Shown here: one piece after another, positions 1 to 10,429 of the stretch
Position numbering within the stretch: the first letter of the stretch is position 1
Layout: every line of letters begins with the position of its first letter
DNA from: a virus
Lineage: Duplodnaviria; Caudoviricetes
DNA: 64,000 nt
Virus record (IMG/VR): IMGVR_UViG_3300044797_000034
Location: 247-64,246 of that record
Direction: 5' to 3' (one strand)
The notes under the pieces: model-generated
Seen by the model: the letters and a program-made list of their open reading frames with translations, nothing else
Told to the model about the DNA's origin: nothing
Database searches by the model: none
Position numbers and translations under genes: made by a program

Positions 1-49
1 ATACTTCTTTGTTCTCTTCTTCACAATGTAGCTTTGCACAGTCACATCC

Positions 50-352
50 TCAGGTGTAGCGGGTTGCTACGTTGAACATCTGGTCCAACGCTTCTTTGGC
101 TTGTTGGTGATCCGGTCCCCACGCGCTGAAACAACCACGAGAAGCACACTGGCCCTCTACGTAGTTCTTCAGAGTTGTGGGAACACCTTTCTGTGTTTTG
201 TCCTTTTCCCACACCGGATTCGGCGCAGGAAAACGAGCCCTTTGTGGAGCGTACGTAACTGGAAGACATGCTGCATGGGCCATACGTCCATCGCAGAAGT
301 TACCACGTAGTTGATTGAGTTCATCGAAATTTCGGTACATAGAAGCCTCCAT
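50..352 (-). CDS. hypothetical protein
   Basis: 100-aa ORF co-oriented with, and directly downstream of, the HNH-like gene; no recognisable motif. Confidence 0.5.
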   Translation of the reverse strand: MEASMYRNFDELNQLRGNFCDGRMAHAACLPVTYAPQRARFPAPNPVWEKDKTQKGVPTTLKNYVEGQCASRGCFSAWGPDHQQAKEALDQMFNVATRYT

Positions 353-360
353 TCAGAAAC

Positions 361-1287
361 TTATACCGTATAAGTCGGGGAGATTTCGTTAATGGTTTTA
401 GGCTGTAAACATTCTAAGTCTGCTATAATGAAATTAATCTCGGTTAAGGACGCATCCTTTTTTAGGAAATTGCATCTACAACAAATCACCCTACTATTCA
501 TCAAGCTGTAGCCCACTGTAGGATCTAAGCGATCAATAGCAGGAGATTCATAAGCAGGACGTCCCTTAATGGCGTAGTTAATGACCCTGTTACAACAAGA
601 ACAATTATTTGGAGGCGCTGCTGCTAAAGAATGCAGCAACTGCTCAAAATTAATACCATCGCGTTTAGCGCGATATGCAGCACCATACACCAAATAATGT
701 ATTTTGCTAGCAGGTGTAGTAATAAGGGCAGTTCCTTTAGTTAAATTAGCCTGCCGGATAATAATGGGAAGCTCATTAGACGCAGTCATGTAGTATGCTA
801 GTGTTTTGAACTCTAGTAAAGTACCGTTACTTCTTAGATTATTACAGCGCCAACAAATTATGCGCGTGTTGGCACGAGTATACCCTATAGCACTATCACG
901 CCTATCTAATGATGGAGCACTTGGATTTTTTCCTTTATTCTGATTGTAATAGCATCTGTAATCTAGTTGTTTGTGACAACAATCACAAGACACAGGTAAT
1001 GCTTTAAGTAATTCAAACACGGATATATCAAAAATCATACCTTCAACATTAGCACGTAGTTTTGCATCATTTAAGATTTTTGTTACTCTCTTTATAGGGG
1101 TGTCCAGATTACGTATACGGCGAGCAATTCCTTTAGGAGAACGGTTATTTACAATAGCCTTAGCTCTTAAAATATCTTTTTGTTCTAAACGTTTCAAACG
1201 CAACTTTTCTTTATGCTGCTCTCTATAGCGAGCAGTAGCATTATGCCTGGCTATTCTCGTTTCCTCCTCCGACTTACGAATTCTCAT
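361..1287 (-). CDS. HNH-like (His-Me finger) endonuclease family protein with two tandem domains
   Basis: Basic N-terminus followed by two CxCC...P(S/A)xDR...GY...N...ICxRCN domains; AT-rich; start reassigned to the ATG at 1287, 6 nt after a -10 box. Confidence 0.75.
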   Translation of the reverse strand: MRIRKSEEETRIARHNATARYREQHKEKLRLKRLEQKDILRAKAIVNNRSPKGIARRIRNLDTPIKRVTKILNDAKLRANVEGMIFDISVFELLKALPVSCDCCHKQLDYRCYYNQNKGKNPSAPSLDRRDSAIGYTRANTRIICWRCNNLRSNGTLLEFKTLAYYMTASNELPIIIRQANLTKGTALITTPASKIHYLVYGAAYRAKRDGINFEQLLHSLAAAPPNNCSCCNRVINYAIKGRPAYESPAIDRLDPTVGYSLMNSRVICCRCNFLKKDASLTEINFIIADLECLQPKTINEISPTYTV

Positions 1288-1293
1288 ACTTAA

Positions 1294-1322
1294 ACAGTAC
1301 AACTTTTCTGTGTGTAAATCAA
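1294..1322 (-). promoter_or_regulatory. sigma70-type promoter, probably leaderless
   Basis: Minus strand reads TTGATT-17 nt-TACTGT-6 nt-ATG. Confidence 0.5.
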
Positions 1323-1325
1323 GCA

Positions 1326-3590
1326 CTAACTAATAACGTTGCCTTGGGAGATTTCACAGACACCACTGCTGCAGTACTTATCTTCAGCCGCCACTTCATG
1401 TGTGTCCCCCGTATGCCCGTTTAAGGGTCGTATTTTAGAAACTGCAAATTCATAATCAGCTTCGGAGATCGGGATGTACGGAGCCTGCATAAACGCATGA
1501 TCACTGAGCGGTAAGAATGAAGCAGTCTTCAATTGCCCTGCGTACGCCTTTAGCACTCTCGCTACGTCTTGCTCTTCACCAGGGCGGAAATTCAAAGTAA
1601 TACTTACCGCGTTATCAGCCCACCATCGTTGAACGCAAGCAAGCAAGGCTGCTTGTTCCCACAGAGAAACATCCTTTCCAGTACGAATACCATCTGGTGT
1701 CTTACAAGGAAAATAGGCCACTACTGTACGAGGGCTTACACGGTCAGGTTCCACTCGATAACCGGCTTCCTTTAGGGACTGTGCTAACGGCGACAGATGA
1801 TCAATTCGTATTGTTCTAAAGTAGAAAGGTGCAGTCGGTACCTTCAAACCTCCCTCAACCCCGCAAAGCAAAGGTACACTGCCTCCTGGTTTAGTCGTAG
1901 TCAAACGAATCGATTTGTTGATACCTAACCAGTTTGAGTATTCCCTATCCAGTTCCTTTAAGTACTTATAGCCCTCATCAAACCAACGAGTGCATTCACG
2001 CATTCCCTTGCGCTCATACATTTCAAATACGCCAGCTAACGAAATTCCAAGACGTCGCTTGGAGGCAATAATCTCATTAAAACGTGGGTTATGTGTGGGT
2101 ACCAATGTTACAGTTTTGGCATACAGATACGCGTATTTCAAAGTGACTAAAAAATCTTCCAGTGTGTCGTGAGCATTTGGAAACGTTTCTACTAGGTTGC
2201 ATGTACCGCCTTTTCCTTCCAATGGAATTTCTGCGCATGGATTACACAGATCGACTGACGGGTCTGGATTAGGAACATCCGCTAGTCGCCCGTAGGTTCT
2301 ACAAATATCAAGCCACATATAACCAGGTTCACCATTACGAACTGTTTGTTCAGCAAGTTTATCATAGTCGGTATACTGGGTACAGAATACTGAGTTGTTA
2401 GACGCCCAACGAAATGCATTTAACGGCAAGGCATCATGCTTCGCTTTTAAGGCGAGCCAACTTTGATTGGCATAGGCTAATGCACCTTGCGCTTTTCGCA
2501 ATGCGTCTATCTTATCTTGAGCAGAAGCATACTCCTTAGACAACACACTGTAATTAGCCTGCTCAACTTGCTGTACGTGTAGAACTTCTGTTTCCGCAGA
2601 AACCCATTCCGGTATAGCAGATAGAATCTCTAGCATTTTCGTACGTAAGGCAATCGCATCAGTAGGATCTTTTAATGAGACAAAGTCTGTATCACCCGGC
2701 TCACCAATTGCTATCTCAGAGCTGCGCCGGATGCCTCCCACTACAACACAACGGCCTATCAAGTTCATCATATCAGATATAACACTACCCTTAATACGCC
2801 CAAGATTATTGGATAGAAGATCAAGTAAACCATCCAATAATTGCACCAGTGGACCGGGCCCACTTGCAATACCACCAAACGTTACAAGTGGCGCCCCCTC
2901 TGGTCGTACCTTCGATACGTCAAATTTGTACGGAAGCTCGCCCTTACCAACGAAAGCATCCAGCACAGACTTAACAGCGGCAATCCAACCCTCACGTGAG
3001 TCTTCAACAACGAAAACACTATTACCAATAACCGGTGCCGTTAGTGTAACTTTATTGGCCCCTCTAAGGTCATAACCGCAGCCACACCCATGCATCAAAA
3101 AATCCATGACATCACAAAACGGTTGAGAGAAATCTACATCGATTTCTTTTGTGGAGCGAGCAGCGCAATTGAAAAGAGCTAAGCCACCTTTCTTCTCTAC
3201 AATATCAGTTCCCATAGCAAATAGGCCCCTGCCCGGAGGAAGAAGTTTAAACGCCCACATGCGTTTGAAAAATTCTTGAGCCTTAATTTGTCCCTCTACA
3301 TCGTCCCATGGACGATGATCTGTCTTCGCGCGTTGTTTCAGTATCGAGAACATCCCCTCAACAACACGCTGAGCAGTCTGCCAGAACTCCTCATTTCCTG
3401 TTAGATCTAAGCCGAAGTTTTCTTTTGCGAAAGCTTTTTGCTTATCAGTAAGAACACGAGAATAAGTGCGAAGATAAACAACATACCCAAGTGTATCCCA
3501 CTTAGGTTGTTTCCCCACATATTCCATCAAAAACGTAGGATCTAAAGTAAAGCGATTCTCCTCTTTTATTTCAAAGATCTTCTCAGACAT
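1326..3590 (-). CDS. nrdJ: class II (B12-dependent) ribonucleotide reductase, monomeric RTPR type
   Basis: YLRTYSR, LPPGRGL, FNCA, GGIRRS, NPCAE (thiyl-radical Cys), CNLVE, KPGGS and C-terminal CSSGVC motifs. Confidence 0.93.
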   Translation of the reverse strand: MSEKIFEIKEENRFTLDPTFLMEYVGKQPKWDTLGYVVYLRTYSRVLTDKQKAFAKENFGLDLTGNEEFWQTAQRVVEGMFSILKQRAKTDHRPWDDVEGQIKAQEFFKRMWAFKLLPPGRGLFAMGTDIVEKKGGLALFNCAARSTKEIDVDFSQPFCDVMDFLMHGCGCGYDLRGANKVTLTAPVIGNSVFVVEDSREGWIAAVKSVLDAFVGKGELPYKFDVSKVRPEGAPLVTFGGIASGPGPLVQLLDGLLDLLSNNLGRIKGSVISDMMNLIGRCVVVGGIRRSSEIAIGEPGDTDFVSLKDPTDAIALRTKMLEILSAIPEWVSAETEVLHVQQVEQANYSVLSKEYASAQDKIDALRKAQGALAYANQSWLALKAKHDALPLNAFRWASNNSVFCTQYTDYDKLAEQTVRNGEPGYMWLDICRTYGRLADVPNPDPSVDLCNPCAEIPLEGKGGTCNLVETFPNAHDTLEDFLVTLKYAYLYAKTVTLVPTHNPRFNEIIASKRRLGISLAGVFEMYERKGMRECTRWFDEGYKYLKELDREYSNWLGINKSIRLTTTKPGGSVPLLCGVEGGLKVPTAPFYFRTIRIDHLSPLAQSLKEAGYRVEPDRVSPRTVVAYFPCKTPDGIRTGKDVSLWEQAALLACVQRWWADNAVSITLNFRPGEEQDVARVLKAYAGQLKTASFLPLSDHAFMQAPYIPISEADYEFAVSKIRPLNGHTGDTHEVAAEDKYCSSGVCEISQGNVIS

Positions 3591-3631
3591 TCGTGGTTTC
3601 TCCGTAGGGTAGGGGCTAGTGATACCGTGAA

Positions 3632-4213
3632 CTAGATGTTGGGCTCACGGCTCTTTCGTTTAGTTGGAACCCTCATCTTAGTGTCGTCCGCCTTGTCGCG
3701 CAAGGCCTTCATGACCTCTAATTTGGGTCGATCGTCTAAGGGCGCAGAAGTACAAAAGCTTCTTGAAATATTTGCTAAAATAACGGCATCAGCTTCATTA
3801 TCGTTGTTTACTTTTGCACCGAAGCTTATCTTTGCGGAATTGATCATTTGAAGCTTTTCGGCCTTCGCGTTGCCAGTAGCGTACTTTTTCACTTGTGATG
3901 GCGCTACTACCAACGGATCGACCCCCAACATGTACAGCTCGGTCTGTAGTATAGCAAATATACCTCCTAAGTCAATGCCCCTGTGGACACTTCCGAAGCT
4001 AATGCCCTCCATTGCAGACGCCTTTACCGAATCCTTAAAATCATTTTCAGCTTTTACAATAAATGACTTCATCTCCTCTCGTATGTAATTTAACCGTAAA
4101 GGGCCGTTCATATTTTTGGTAAACACAGTATGTGTACGTAGACACTCGCCTTTTTCGTTAATAATCGCTAGTCCGGTTGAACGAAGACTCTGATCGATAC
4201 CTAAAAAAAGCAT
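3632..4213 (-). CDS. ruvC: RuvC-like Holliday junction resolvase
   Basis: FLGIDQSLRSTG, MEG, PSQVKKYATGNAKAEK and NDNEADA motifs. Confidence 0.9.
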   Translation of the reverse strand: MLFLGIDQSLRSTGLAIINEKGECLRTHTVFTKNMNGPLRLNYIREEMKSFIVKAENDFKDSVKASAMEGISFGSVHRGIDLGGIFAILQTELYMLGVDPLVVAPSQVKKYATGNAKAEKLQMINSAKISFGAKVNNDNEADAVILANISRSFCTSAPLDDRPKLEVMKALRDKADDTKMRVPTKRKSREPNI

Positions 4214-4227
4214 ATACTTAATCTAAC

Positions 4228-5136
4228 ATGGCATTCCGGCTTTGGCAACAAGGACAAATTCTACCTACCGGCTTTTCCGGTACAGAGTATATAGATGACA
4301 CAGCGGTTACCACCCCTGCGTACCTAAATGCGTTTGTAATGTCATCCGCTGGCTATGGCATGCCTGATATGTTTTATCGTGTTGCTGTACCATCTGATTA
4401 CGGAACAATGACACCGAATCCGTTAATTGCTTTCGACTATAAAGGCCCCCTGACAAATACTACAGCCGCACCACAACCAGGTGATACCTTACGCCTGTAC
4501 TCAGTGCCATTCCCACATTGGATCTTGCCTATAGACATTGACGGCACGCCTTACACACAAACCGATGACGGCTATAGTGAATTTACTATTACCAATATAG
4601 TGCCTTTCTTAGGTAAACAGCCCGGTGATGGTCCTACGCAAGTTAGTGGGTATAATGTCATAGCCTCTAACTACGAATTCTCAATTAACGATATAGGTCG
4701 TATTATTACTCTTAGCGGCTTTTCATGGGACGCTAACAACGTCACCACACCGATCATAGGTGTAAACGGTGGAATGGCGATAACCACTGTAAATTTCATC
4801 ACTGAACTGATAACATCTTCGGCCAGCTGGACGTACAACCAATTTCTACTGAGTCCTGCTAAACCAATCCTGAGGATCGAAAGTGGTGTGTCATGGCAAG
4901 TTAGATCTGCTACATCGGGTTTAATCATTGCCGCCGGACCGACAGGATCTCCTATGCGTCAAAACCCAAGGCTTGCATCCTTTAGTGATGACAGATATAC
5001 TCTAGTTTCTGGCACACAAACCGTGATACAGAATCACTTTACCCTTGTACAGTCATATCTCGAAAGTCTAGAACAAGCGCTGACAGCTGTTGCTCCAGCG
5101 TTTCAAAGTGCTGGTCCATATGACTTCGAAAGTTAA
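4228..5136 (+). CDS. putative virion structural protein
   Basis: 302-aa Thr/Ser/Pro-rich, beta-type composition; TATACTT upstream. Confidence 0.55.
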   Translation: MAFRLWQQGQILPTGFSGTEYIDDTAVTTPAYLNAFVMSSAGYGMPDMFYRVAVPSDYGTMTPNPLIAFDYKGPLTNTTAAPQPGDTLRLYSVPFPHWILPIDIDGTPYTQTDDGYSEFTITNIVPFLGKQPGDGPTQVSGYNVIASNYEFSINDIGRIITLSGFSWDANNVTTPIIGVNGGMAITTVNFITELITSSASWTYNQFLLSPAKPILRIESGVSWQVRSATSGLIIAAGPTGSPMRQNPRLASFSDDRYTLVSGTQTVIQNHFTLVQSYLESLEQALTAVAPAFQSAGPYDFES

Positions 5137-5141
5137 CAAAC

Positions 5142-5525
5142 ATGTCATTTATAGATGTAGACCAGAAGCGTAACATTATCGTCGATGACACGACGAAAGC
5201 GTTGCTCTATCAAGTCAACACGTCTGTATTACGTGCTGTCGGCATCGATTCAAATCTTTTTGTATATGATACTCTTCACGGTTGTTTCCAGCATGTTGCC
5301 GCTGTGTATGATTTGGTTAAGTTCCCAACAAGCCAAGACGTCGCGGCAGCATCGGGCATTGACTACTACCGGCAAGCTACGGTAAGCGTAACATTTCCCA
5401 CAGCTAAGATAGCCCAGGCAGCAGCTAACGATCACTTACGTAGACTGCAATTTGTCGTAGAAAATTACGATTCCCAGCCAACCAATTTCCCAGGAGAAAC
5501 CCTGGTAACTCTGAAGGGTGTCTAA
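5142..5525 (+). CDS. hypothetical protein, putative virion component
   Basis: 127 aa; TAATG-coupled to the next gene; its C-terminal part resembles the middle of the next ORF (YYRQATVSVTF vs YLSPSVTF). Confidence 0.55.
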   Translation: MSFIDVDQKRNIIVDDTTKALLYQVNTSVLRAVGIDSNLFVYDTLHGCFQHVAAVYDLVKFPTSQDVAAASGIDYYRQATVSVTFPTAKIAQAAANDHLRRLQFVVENYDSQPTNFPGETLVTLKGV

Positions 5526-6580
5526 TGAGTTCGCCTGTATTACGCCAATACCGTGACATAGTCAAGATGACCGATGGTTCGCAGGGCTTCTTAGTTACGG
5601 CACAGGTAACAAGCTTGGGTACTGGTAGTACTTCATTGCCGTTTGCCAACGTGTTCTTAATGAACATAACTGACCCGTTGAATCCTGGCGCGGACGCATT
5701 AGCGGCTGTCGCAAGCCCCCTAGAAATACAACGTGCTAGTAATACCACTGTTTACATAAAACTTGATCCTACTACGATAATTACGTTGGGCGCTGATCAG
5801 TTCGCAAGCGTAGCTAGTATCTCACAGTTTACCCAGCTGGCCCGAGATCGTGATACGGCACTAGCTCGCGGACAAACACAGTATCTATCTCCATCTGTAA
5901 CCTTTCTTTACACCGACCCCGTAACTGCAACCGCTGCATACCAGACCATACTGAGCAGAGTATCAACACTTGTTTCCGCCTGGTATCAATACCAAACAAG
6001 CTTCTTACCTAACCCACCCCCGTTCATAAATTACAATCTTCCACAAGTTTCGATTGGAGTAGAGGCTCAATTAGTCGCAGCCTATACAACTGCTAAACAA
6101 GCTACTGCAACCGCACAAACCGCTGTTAACAGTGCTCAGGCCGCTGTTACGGCTTGTAACGCTAGTTGTGCGTGTAATCAACAGATTCTGCAGCTACTAA
6201 CACAAGATGTAACTGGACTACGTGCAACACTGGATTACGTAGCCACACTTGTAGAAGCCGCTACTGCTCTAGTAACCGTATATCCAAGTACAACTGTTAC
6301 AGTGCCCCCTGGATATTCTGTGGCAGTAAGTCAAACCTCAGTAACAAAATCGTTTATTACTGGTGGTGACGCTCGTAGCATACAAACCTTATATTCTCAA
6401 AAGGTTAACGCGCTCTCAGCCGCTCAAGCAGCAGTTAACGCTTGCGTAGCTACTTGCCAAGGTCTCCAAACTACGTTACTTTCTACACAAGCGGCTCTCA
6501 CTACCGCACAAGCAAATGAAGCCACTGCTCTAGCTGCTGTGGTAGCAGTATGTCCAACCTTCAATCCGGCTTCAGTATAG
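5525..6580 (+). CDS. putative virion protein with Ala/Thr/Gln-rich coiled coils
   Basis: 351 aa; two heptad-like helices each carrying a CxxxC pair; C-terminal AVCPTF. Confidence 0.55.
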   Translation: MSSPVLRQYRDIVKMTDGSQGFLVTAQVTSLGTGSTSLPFANVFLMNITDPLNPGADALAAVASPLEIQRASNTTVYIKLDPTTIITLGADQFASVASISQFTQLARDRDTALARGQTQYLSPSVTFLYTDPVTATAAYQTILSRVSTLVSAWYQYQTSFLPNPPPFINYNLPQVSIGVEAQLVAAYTTAKQATATAQTAVNSAQAAVTACNASCACNQQILQLLTQDVTGLRATLDYVATLVEAATALVTVYPSTTVTVPPGYSVAVSQTSVTKSFITGGDARSIQTLYSQKVNALSAAQAAVNACVATCQGLQTTLLSTQAALTTAQANEATALAAVVAVCPTFNPASV

Positions 6581-6626
6581 GCTAATAATTGGGAATTGAA
6601 CTTCCCAGGAGCTAAAATAGATAACC

Positions 6627-7649
6627 ATGGCAACCTTAATCGACCAAACCAATGATTCCGGCCACAGCTACCTCGTAGCGTTACTTAAGACGCATCCTAA
6701 GGCGTACGAGCTTGTTAAGACTGCCGAGGTTGTTTCAGACTTCTCTACGTTACCTGATGACGCTTTTGCGTGGCCATCGGAACGCAAATTTCCCATACAT
6801 ACCCGGCATGACGCGGTTCTTTCCCATCTTTACATGAAGGTTGCGAAAGAGAAGATTGCCAGTGAAGTACGAGAAAAGGTAGCCGAGGCCCTAGAAGCCT
6901 ATGGTGTCGATACAACGGTGCTTGAGCCTGAGATGGTTAAGGAAGCTGCTATTGATGACAAAGAGTACATCTTCCCTGACGCTAAACTGTATCGCGTAAA
7001 GACCGCCCAAGACCTCTTTAAGGCTCAGGAGCGTATGTTAGACCAGGTTGGCAAGATGAGTGCGGAGAGCCGTGCAGAGGGCTTTACGAGGCTCTATAAG
7101 CGTGCCCAGGAGCTAGGACAGCCGCTTGACCCTAGAAGCTATCAGTACGCTGGCGTGGTCGAAACTGATCTACGAGAGACCAAGCTAGCGCTTGAAGTAC
7201 GGGCCGCCGCCACCAAGGATGAATCCGTTGGCGACGCCTTTATGAAACTTGCTAGTACCCTCGGAGAATACCCGCGTAAGCTACGTGACCGTTCGGTACA
7301 GGTAAAGCTTGCCCAATTGATTTCAGACTTGGATACCAAAGGGGATTTGAAGCGTCATTATGATCGTCGCCTGCCCGATCCAATTCAAACAGTATTTAAT
7401 ACCGACATCCGTACTAAAGTTGCGGATCAGATGGTGGAGCTTGGCCAAGATGTGTTTCCGTTAACGCAGCTGTGCGCGCTCTCACCAAATGATTACGGAG
7501 ATATATTAGGCCCAGAGATTGTTTCTGAAATTTCTTTAGCCCCTGGTGGAAATGTAGATCCTGGCAAACTAATGCAGATACTACCAACGTTGCCGCAGGA
7601 TCTAAAGGCAATGCTTGGCCAACGGCTTCGTTCGTTAGTAGGTGGCTAG
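6627..7649 (+). CDS. putative head protein rich in K-x-A motifs
   Basis: 340 aa; by my count 11 of 25 Lys are in K-x-A; lies upstream of terminase. Confidence 0.6.
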   Translation: MATLIDQTNDSGHSYLVALLKTHPKAYELVKTAEVVSDFSTLPDDAFAWPSERKFPIHTRHDAVLSHLYMKVAKEKIASEVREKVAEALEAYGVDTTVLEPEMVKEAAIDDKEYIFPDAKLYRVKTAQDLFKAQERMLDQVGKMSAESRAEGFTRLYKRAQELGQPLDPRSYQYAGVVETDLRETKLALEVRAAATKDESVGDAFMKLASTLGEYPRKLRDRSVQVKLAQLISDLDTKGDLKRHYDRRLPDPIQTVFNTDIRTKVADQMVELGQDVFPLTQLCALSPNDYGDILGPEIVSEISLAPGGNVDPGKLMQILPTLPQDLKAMLGQRLRSLVGG

Positions 7650-8320
7650 TGACCACGTTGATAGATGCGTTGCGAGACCCTAGGGTGTCACCTTATGTGG
7701 CCTGGTCGGCACTACAAAAACTTATACCAGGGGAGACTTCGTGGGAACCTGAAGCTTTGTCTATGGCTCTAGATAAGCTACGTGTGCCGCCAACTGCGGC
7801 CTTAATGACAAAGCTGCTAGGCGCACAAACAGTAGTTACTTGTGCTGCAGTAACCCATGACCATGAAGCACTGTTTGCATTCGCATTAGCTGGAGACGGC
7901 GTAGCAGTAGGTTATGACGAATTCAAAAAGCCAGAACCTGAGCAACTCGCATGGGCAGTTCTTCAGATAGAGAAGCTTGTAGGAAAGAAGATCACTGAAG
8001 ATGATGGTTTTGAGCCTGATGAAATAGACCCAGCCATAGCAGTACTTCTAAACTATGAAGGTTGGTTCCTGGCTCCAGAAGAACTGTCTTTCGCACAAGT
8101 GTCTTTAGAGAAGATGTCGCACGTAGATAAGGACGTCTTAGCTAAGACTAAAAAGGCTTGGGATAAACTTTCAAACGTGAGCAACACTAGTGAGTTGGCA
8201 GAAGCATTACCTGAACGCGTGGAGACAATTCAACTACAAAGACTTACGGACTGCTTGACGTACGTAAAGGAGCACCGTAAGATAGAAGAAGAACTGGTGG
8301 AATGTCTGTCGGTTAAGTAG
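7649..8320 (+). CDS. hypothetical protein
   Basis: 223-aa acidic helical protein; GTG start overlaps the upstream stop. Confidence 0.6.
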   Translation: MTTLIDALRDPRVSPYVAWSALQKLIPGETSWEPEALSMALDKLRVPPTAALMTKLLGAQTVVTCAAVTHDHEALFAFALAGDGVAVGYDEFKKPEPEQLAWAVLQIEKLVGKKITEDDGFEPDEIDPAIAVLLNYEGWFLAPEELSFAQVSLEKMSHVDKDVLAKTKKAWDKLSNVSNTSELAEALPERVETIQLQRLTDCLTYVKEHRKIEEELVECLSVK

Positions 8321-8331
8321 TTGAGATTAGG

Positions 8332-8817
8332 ATGAGGACTGAAGAAGAACGGAAAGCATATAAGGCGGCGTGGTATCTTGCTAATAAAAAGCTAATTAGA
8401 TTAAGAGCCAAGGAGAAGTTAAAAAACCTGAGTTCAGAAGCCCGCCTAAAAAGGAAACAAGACAGGCGTCGCTATAGGGCTACGCACAAAGAGGTAGTAG
8501 TTGCGGGCAACCGCCGGTATCAACGAGCGCATAGATACGCGTTACACAGTTTAGCTGCTAACCCACCAGACAAATGTCCTTGTTGTGGACGTACGTTAGA
8601 GTATTTTTTAAGTGCTGCTGCAGATTCCTCGCCATCCATTGACCGACATGGTAGCACCTTAGGATATACGCTAGATAACTGTGTAATTATTTGTTTACGT
8701 TGCAACCGCCTTAAGAAAAACATTACCCTACAAGAAATACAAGTCATCATCAAAGACTTTGAACGCTTAGCACGAGAGGCACAAGCCGTCACGGCGGGTA
8801 CTCAATGCCCGCTATAG
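8332..8817 (+). CDS. HNH-like endonuclease family protein, single domain
   Basis: Basic N-terminus; CPCC...SPSIDR...GY...N...ICLRCN; overlaps the terminase start. Confidence 0.7.
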   Translation: MRTEEERKAYKAAWYLANKKLIRLRAKEKLKNLSSEARLKRKQDRRRYRATHKEVVVAGNRRYQRAHRYALHSLAANPPDKCPCCGRTLEYFLSAAADSSPSIDRHGSTLGYTLDNCVIICLRCNRLKKNITLQEIQVIIKDFERLAREAQAVTAGTQCPL

Positions 8818-10421
8818 TCACAGCAGAGGAAATACATCTAACCAGAAGTGAGTTTACAGAAGCACTTATCTGGTTGGACGGCAAACGTTTTTCTTTGGCC
8901 GACTTCCAAATGTTCAAGGCTATATATGACGGTGACTATCCAAAGATGTTACTTAAAACATCGAGGCAGGTCGGTAAAAGTACAACCGCCAGTAATTTCA
9001 TAATTGCGGAATCTATAACCCGCCCGTTTCATAAAACACTATACATAGCTCCTACGGCTGAACAAACCCATAAGTTTAGCTCACTTAGGGTAGGCAAGTC
9101 ATTAGCATACTCACCGTTTCTCTCTAAGTATGTTATACAGGACCGTGTTCTAGTGCGTCTCTATAAGAATGGTTCCGAAAATTCATTTTCATACTGTTTG
9201 GATTCTGCAGACAGGATCAGAGGTATTAGCGCAGACCGTATCTTATTAGACGAGGTTCAAGACCTAATTTTACCTGAGGTAATGCCAGTTGCCGTAGAAT
9301 GTATGCGGCAGAGTGATATGCAATTTCAGATTCTAGCCGGTACGCCTAAAACCTTCGATAACGCCATAGAGGATTATTGGTTAGACAGTAGTCAGACAGA
9401 GTGGGTTATGAAATGCTCTGGCTGTTCTAAATGGACTTTCGTAGATTCTGAAAAAGGCTTAAAGCCCCATGGCCCAGTCTGCGTAGGCTGTGGAACACTT
9501 TTAAATCCCAAGAATGGTCAATGGGTAGACATGAAATCTGGGAGCGATATGAAGGGTTTTCACATATCCCAACCTATAATGCCTAGAAATATACCTATTT
9601 GTTGGCCGGAATCCACAGATCCTAGCAGTAGATATGTTAAAGCGTTAATGCGTTGGAAAGAGATTATGTCCGCGTTAGAGGGGCCTAAGGCATACCCAAT
9701 AGCCAAATTTAGAAACGAAATTTTGGGGGTTTCTGATAGCCAAGGTGTGCGCTTAATTGTACGTGAAGACCTTACAAAGCTTTGTACCGGCCATCCCTCT
9801 ATGCCTATACGACCTGATCCAAGATTCAATGGCGACATTATCAAAGTTAGTATTGGCGCGGACTTCTCCGGTGGTGGGATTGACCAAGTATCTACTACAG
9901 CTATCGCCGTACTAGGACTTACTAAACAGCGTAAACTACGACTACTGTACTATCGTCTGTTTATCGGTGAGCACCCTATAAAAGAGTTAGCAGCTATACG
10001 TGAAGTACTAGCCATGTACCAGCCTGAATTGGTTGCGTGTGACGCTGGGGAGGGACTTCTTCAAATAGAAGAACTCCGTAAGCAGATGAATTGGTATCAT
10101 CGTATACAGAAGATTCGCTACGGAGCTGGCGGGGCGCACATCAAATGGAATGCTGAAAACGGCAGCTATTCAGTAAATAGAACTGCCGCTATTGATTCAT
10201 TCATGATGGCGGTATTACGCGCAGAGTTTATCTTTCCCAATAACATAGAAGCCATGACTCCAGCGTTCGATCACATTCTAGCAGAATTTACAGATGTTAC
10301 GAACGCAGGACGAAAGATCTGGCAGCACAGCAAGAGCGATCCTGATGACTTTCTTCATGCGATCATCTACGCACGACTAGCTATGCAGATGGCCACTGGC
10401 GAAATAGACCTGACTAGCTAA
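8805..10421 (+). CDS. terL: terminase large subunit
   Basis: Walker A SRQVGKST, Walker B ILLDE, coupling motif AGTP, two CxxC pairs, nuclease motifs GADFSGG and PDDFLHA. Confidence 0.92.
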   Translation: MPAIVTAEEIHLTRSEFTEALIWLDGKRFSLADFQMFKAIYDGDYPKMLLKTSRQVGKSTTASNFIIAESITRPFHKTLYIAPTAEQTHKFSSLRVGKSLAYSPFLSKYVIQDRVLVRLYKNGSENSFSYCLDSADRIRGISADRILLDEVQDLILPEVMPVAVECMRQSDMQFQILAGTPKTFDNAIEDYWLDSSQTEWVMKCSGCSKWTFVDSEKGLKPHGPVCVGCGTLLNPKNGQWVDMKSGSDMKGFHISQPIMPRNIPICWPESTDPSSRYVKALMRWKEIMSALEGPKAYPIAKFRNEILGVSDSQGVRLIVREDLTKLCTGHPSMPIRPDPRFNGDIIKVSIGADFSGGGIDQVSTTAIAVLGLTKQRKLRLLYYRLFIGEHPIKELAAIREVLAMYQPELVACDAGEGLLQIEELRKQMNWYHRIQKIRYGAGGAHIKWNAENGSYSVNRTAAIDSFMMAVLRAEFIFPNNIEAMTPAFDHILAEFTDVTNAGRKIWQHSKSDPDDFLHAIIYARLAMQMATGEIDLTS

Positions 10422-10429
10422 AAATAAGG

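Noticed and set aside
1-45. Partial minus-strand ORF (VTVQSYIVKKRTKKY...) running off the window
   Set aside because: Only 15 codons are visible, so it cannot be assessed.
8332-8817. Group I introns housing the HNH genes
   Set aside because: Flanking genes appear complete and there is no non-coding space for an intron core; the HNH genes are free-standing.
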